A stretch of DNA of 64,000 nt from an uncultured Acidobacteriota bacterium (GTDB lineage: Bacteria > Acidobacteriota > Thermoanaerobaculia > UBA5066 > DATFVB01). The notes below the pieces were generated by a model, which was not told the origin of the DNA, searched no databases, and was given only the letters and a program-made list of their open reading frames with translations. Position numbers and translations under genes: made by a program. The stretch's first letter is position 1; the number at the start of each line of letters is the position of its first letter. Positions 60,633 through 64,000 of this stretch are shown in pieces. Where the stretch lies: contig CAWEYG010000003.1 in assembly GCA_963813155.1 (NCBI GenBank), positions 608,001-672,000 on the forward strand, given 5' to 3'.

Positions 60633-60708
60633 TGGTAGGCTCGAGCGGGTTCGAACCGCTGACCCCTACCGTGTCGAGGTAGTGCTCTACCAGCTGAGCT
60701 ACGAGCCT
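60633..60708 (-). tRNA. tRNA-Val(GAC)
   Basis: 76-nt cloverleaf AGGCTCG..CGAGCCT-ACCA; anticodon arm CTACC-TCGACAC-GGTAG; GGTTCGAACCC T-arm; encoded CCA. Confidence 0.95.
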
Positions 60709-60880
60709 ATTTCGGGCTACCGGCCGGAAAGCCGCGAGGCTATTTACAATCCGACCCTCGACCCTGAATTCTCCCAAAGAACATCCGCAATTCGCGGAAA
60801 GGGCGCTAGGTTAGCAGAGCGCACCCCGGAATTCAACAAACCGGAGCGCCGCGGGCCGCATGTTACGATGGTGGCAAGTC

Positions 60881-61804
60881 ATGGCGCTTCTGTCTCGCGA
60901 AAACCTCCTTCGAATCGCGAACCGGGCCGCGGAGCCCTTCCGGCACGACCGCCACCACGACGAAGCGCGGGAATACTGGGAAACCGGCACCGCGGAGAGC
61001 GAGGAAAACCACTACTGGGGCGCGCAGCCGCTCGTGCGCCGAGCGATCAACCGCCGGATCACGGGCGACCCGAACCTGTGGCCGATGGACTGGTTTGCGC
61101 GCAAGTACGCTCCGTCGCCGTTCGACCTCGGCCTGTCCGCCGGCTGCGGGGAGGGCGCCCTGGAACGGGACCTCGTCGCGAAGAACGTCTGCCGGATGGT
61201 CGAGGGAATCGACTTCTCCCGGGAGGCGCTGAAACGGGCCGAAGTCCTGGCCGAGGAGGCAGGCATCTCCTCGCGGATCCGCTACCGCGTCGGGAACCTC
61301 GACGCGCTGGCGCTTCCCGCCGGCGCCTACGACATCGTCTTTTTCCACGGTTCGCTCCACCACGTCCGGGAGATCGAAAACGCGCTGTCGACCGTCCACG
61401 ATGCGCTCAAGCCGGGCGGCATCGTCTTTCTCGACGAATACCTCGGCCCCGCGCGCCTCGAATGGAGCGACTCGGTCTGGCGATTCGCGCAGGCCGCGTT
61501 CGAGGCCCTCGATCCCGATCTCCGCAACCGCCCGAACCTCATGGTTCCCCTCCCCCTCGACGACCCGTCGGAGTCGGTCCGCTCCTCCGGGATCGCGCCG
61601 GAGCTCGCGCGCCGCTTCGAGATCCTCGAGGATCGCCCCTACGGGGGCAACATCCTCTGGTTCACGTTTCCCTGCCTCGACATGAAGATGCTCCGCAACG
61701 ACCGCACCGGGGCGCTGTCCCGGCTCATCGCCCTTGAGGACCACCTCCTCGAGAACCGGTGGGTCGAGTCGTACTTCCGGATCGTGATCGCCCGCAAGAA
61801 ATGA
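60881..61804 (+). CDS. Class I SAM-dependent methyltransferase
   Basis: GLSAGCGEG, GIDFS..AL, YDIVFFHGSLHH, LKPGG..DEYLGP. Confidence 0.88.
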   Translation: MALLSRENLLRIANRAAEPFRHDRHHDEAREYWETGTAESEENHYWGAQPLVRRAINRRITGDPNLWPMDWFARKYAPSPFDLGLSAGCGEGALERDLVAKNVCRMVEGIDFSREALKRAEVLAEEAGISSRIRYRVGNLDALALPAGAYDIVFFHGSLHHVREIENALSTVHDALKPGGIVFLDEYLGPARLEWSDSVWRFAQAAFEALDPDLRNRPNLMVPLPLDDPSESVRSSGIAPELARRFEILEDRPYGGNILWFTFPCLDMKMLRNDRTGALSRLIALEDHLLENRWVESYFRIVIARKK

Positions 61805-64000
61805 GGCGGGCGGGCGCCCTTCTGGCCGTCTGCAACCTTCTCTTCTTCTGGCCGGTCCTGTTCCACGGCCGCGTGTTCTCTTCGCACGACGTCGCGCTCT
61901 CGCTCCATCCGTGGAAGGCGTCGTCCGGCATCGACCTTCCGCGCAACCGGCTGCTGGCCGACCCCGCGACCTCTTCGGAATCGCTGCTTCGGAATTTCCG
62001 GAAACTGCCGGCGGGCTTCTTCTGGAACCGCTCGATCGGCGGCGGCGCTCCCGGCCCCGTCAATCTCGTTCAGGGAAATCTTTCCCCGTTTTTCTGGCTC
62101 CCAGCGCTCGCGCTGCCCGAAGCGGGAATCGAGACCGGGATCCTGTTCCTGAAACTCAACGCCTCGTTCCTGTTCGCGTACCTCTTCTTTCGCCGCCGGA
62201 AATTCTCGGAGAACGCCGCTTCGGCGGGGGCGGCGGCCTGGGCGCTTTCCAGCGTCCAGACCTGCTGGTGGCTCTGGATGCAGACCTCCGTCTCGGTGTT
62301 CTTCCCGCTCCTGCTGTGGAGCGTCGACGTCGCGCTCGAATCCCCGGCTTTCGTCCCGGCGGCGGCGGCGGCCGCGTGGGTCTTCCTCGGGCTCTTCGCC
62401 GGGGGATACCCGTTCTGGATTTTCTTCGGCGCGATCCTCGTCGCGTTCGCCTTCCTCTCGCGAATCGGCGAATTCCCCGCGCGCGCGATGCTCGCGGCGG
62501 CGGCGAGGCTCTCCTGCGCGGCCGCGATCGCGCTCGCGATCCTCCTTCCCGCGGGCCTCGTGTCGTTCCGTTTTTTGAAGGAGACCGGCGAGATCCGGCG
62601 CCGGGCGGGGCTCGGCGCGCAGAACCCCATGCCGCTGCGCCAGCTGAGGCTCTATCTCGCTCCCGGTTACGCGGGGAACGCGCCGGACGAGAGCTACACG
62701 GGAGTCGGGCTGGGACCGATGGACAACCCGTTCGAGACGGCGTCGGCGGTCGGCCCCTTCGCGCTCGGATTCGCCGCGCTCGCGGTCGCGTCGCGCCGGA
62801 GGCGGCGGCTCGTTCTCCTCGCCGCCGCGCTCGCCCTCTCGGTCGGGATTCCGCTCTATGCGGGCGGGAGAATCCTGCGCGCGGTCGGAAGCCTTCCCGG
62901 TTTCTCGGCGGGCCACTTCCATCGCACGAAAGTCCTGATCGTCCTCGCGATCGCGATCGCGTGCGCGGCGGGCGTCGAGGTCCTCGAGGACCTTTTCCGG
63001 GGAAGAAAAATCCTTCGGCGCATCCTCTCCGCCGTTCCGTACGCGATCGCGGTTCCGCTCGTGTTCCTCGCCGCGCGAAACTACCCTGCGGTCCCGCCTT
63101 CGCGGGCCGTCTTTGCCGCGACGCCGGGAATCGAAAAGCTCCTCGCGTCGGAAAGCGCTGCGCCCGCCCGGTTCCTCGGCACGGGATGGACGCTCATGCC
63201 GAACCTCTCCGAGGCGTTCGGCGTCGAGGACGTTCGCAGCCACCTCATGCACGAGCAGGCGTACGTGGACCTCCTCCGCTCCGCCGACCCGAACGTCTAC
63301 GGCACGTTCGGAACCCTGCTGATCTTCGGGCCGCGCAGCTTCGATCCCTCTTCGGCCGTTCTCGACCTCCTGAACGTCACGCGAATCGCGGCGCCGCCGG
63401 GCGTCGGCCGGCCCGACTCGCGCGAAGCCGCGCTCCAGGACCCCGTGTATCTCTTTTCCGAACAGACGAGCCGCGTGTCGCCGGTCGGCGAGCGCCCCCG
63501 CGCTCCCCTTCCGATCGCCTATTCCGGGCCGGACATGACGCTGTTCTCGCGGCCGGGAGCGTTTGCCCGGTTCTTCCCCGTCTCCCGCGTTCTCGAGGGA
63601 GGCGCTCCCGAAGCGGCCGCGGCGTCGCGCGAAGAGCTCGCGACGACGGCATTCGTGCCAGGCGGGGATTTCGCGGCGCTCCGGAACGCCCTTTCCGGCT
63701 CGCGGCCCGAAGACGCCCGTGTGCGGATCGTCGAATATCGGGCCGAGAAGTTCGCCCTCTCCGTCGATTCGAGGACTCCCGTCTTCCTCGCGTCCTCCGA
63801 GAAACTGTTCGACCCCTACTGGCGCGGCTTCCTCGACGGGCGGCCGGCTCCCGTGGCCGCCTCCGACGGGCTCTTCTTCGGGATGCTCGTGCCGGCGGGG
63901 AGGCACGTCGTCGAAGGGAGGTTTCAGATCCCGCGGCGGGAGATCGCGCTGTCCGCGATCGGCGCCGTCGCGCTGCTGTCCCTCACGTTCGCTGCAGGAA
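61801..64000 (+). CDS. YfhO-family multi-pass membrane protein (GT-C fold); runs off the window end
   Basis: Missing from the ORF track because it has no stop in the window. ATGA overlap; MRRAGALLAVCNLLFFWPVLFHG, WNRSIGGGAP, C-terminal YWRGFLDGRPAPV..DGLFFGMLVPAGRHVV typical of YfhO. Confidence 0.85.
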   Translation, partial: MRRAGALLAVCNLLFFWPVLFHGRVFSSHDVALSLHPWKASSGIDLPRNRLLADPATSSESLLRNFRKLPAGFFWNRSIGGGAPGPVNLVQGNLSPFFWLPALALPEAGIETGILFLKLNASFLFAYLFFRRRKFSENAASAGAAAWALSSVQTCWWLWMQTSVSVFFPLLLWSVDVALESPAFVPAAAAAAWVFLGLFAGGYPFWIFFGAILVAFAFLSRIGEFPARAMLAAAARLSCAAAIALAILLPAGLVSFRFLKETGEIRRRAGLGAQNPMPLRQLRLYLAPGYAGNAPDESYTGVGLGPMDNPFETASAVGPFALGFAALAVASRRRRRLVLLAAALALSVGIPLYAGGRILRAVGSLPGFSAGHFHRTKVLIVLAIAIACAAGVEVLEDLFRGRKILRRILSAVPYAIAVPLVFLAARNYPAVPPSRAVFAATPGIEKLLASESAAPARFLGTGWTLMPNLSEAFGVEDVRSHLMHEQAYVDLLRSADPNVYGTFGTLLIFGPRSFDPSSAVLDLLNVTRIAAPPGVGRPDSREAALQDPVYLFSEQTSRVSPVGERPRAPLPIAYSGPDMTLFSRPGAFARFFPVSRVLEGGAPEAAAASREELATTAFVPGGDFAALRNALSGSRPEDARVRIVEYRAEKFALSVDSRTPVFLASSEKLFDPYWRGFLDGRPAPVAASDGLFFGMLVPAGRHVVEGRFQIPRREIALSAIGAVALLSLTFAAG

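Noticed and set aside
60523-60708. tRNA genes as an integration site for a genomic island
   Set aside because: No integrase and no duplicated tRNA 3' end seen; thrS lies directly downstream.

Overview
GC-rich bacterial chromosomal segment made up mostly of housekeeping genes. Gene order and protein styles suggest Acidobacteriota (inference). Minus-strand super-operon at 1-16.9 kb: acyltransferase, recN, moeB/thiF, tsaC, gamma-CA, hisS, aspS, aroB, HD-GYP, TPR lipoprotein, roadblock, ftsY, ribD, ribE, unknown gene, hemW, lipoprotein. The middle holds dapF, an M28 peptidase, a FecR/DUF6600-like protein, ygfZ, EamA, a Mo-oxidoreductase, an M49 peptidase, DUF1624, pabB/pabC/MBL hydrolase, GT2/thioesterase/GT-C, a Phd-PIN toxin-antitoxin pair, and SpoIVB protease/beta-propeller/Opp-like ABC/coaD. 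The right part holds tol-pal-cpoB, rpsT, the cluster 2x tRNA-Val-thrS-infC-rpmI-rplT-pheST-zapB-zapA-6S RNA-rny-ymdB-GT2, and a methyltransferase plus a YfhO-like gene running off the end. I saw no phage, transposase, integrase or CRISPR array. About 14 apparent single-base insertions break 10 genes, including essential pheT and coaD; they are most likely sequencing errors and create false giant ORFs in the ORF track. Best leads: a Cys-motif-less radical-SAM-like/HhH protein coupled to hemW; an HD-GYP/pilotin-like/MglC-like module; the SpoIVB-propeller-peptide ABC operon; a sigma54-type promoter before an orphan FecR/DUF6600 gene; a 117-nt rod-like intergenic hairpin; repeated leaderless-type promoters; and a tRNA-Val(GAC) with C33. 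All family assignments come from motif recognition by eye, not database searches.
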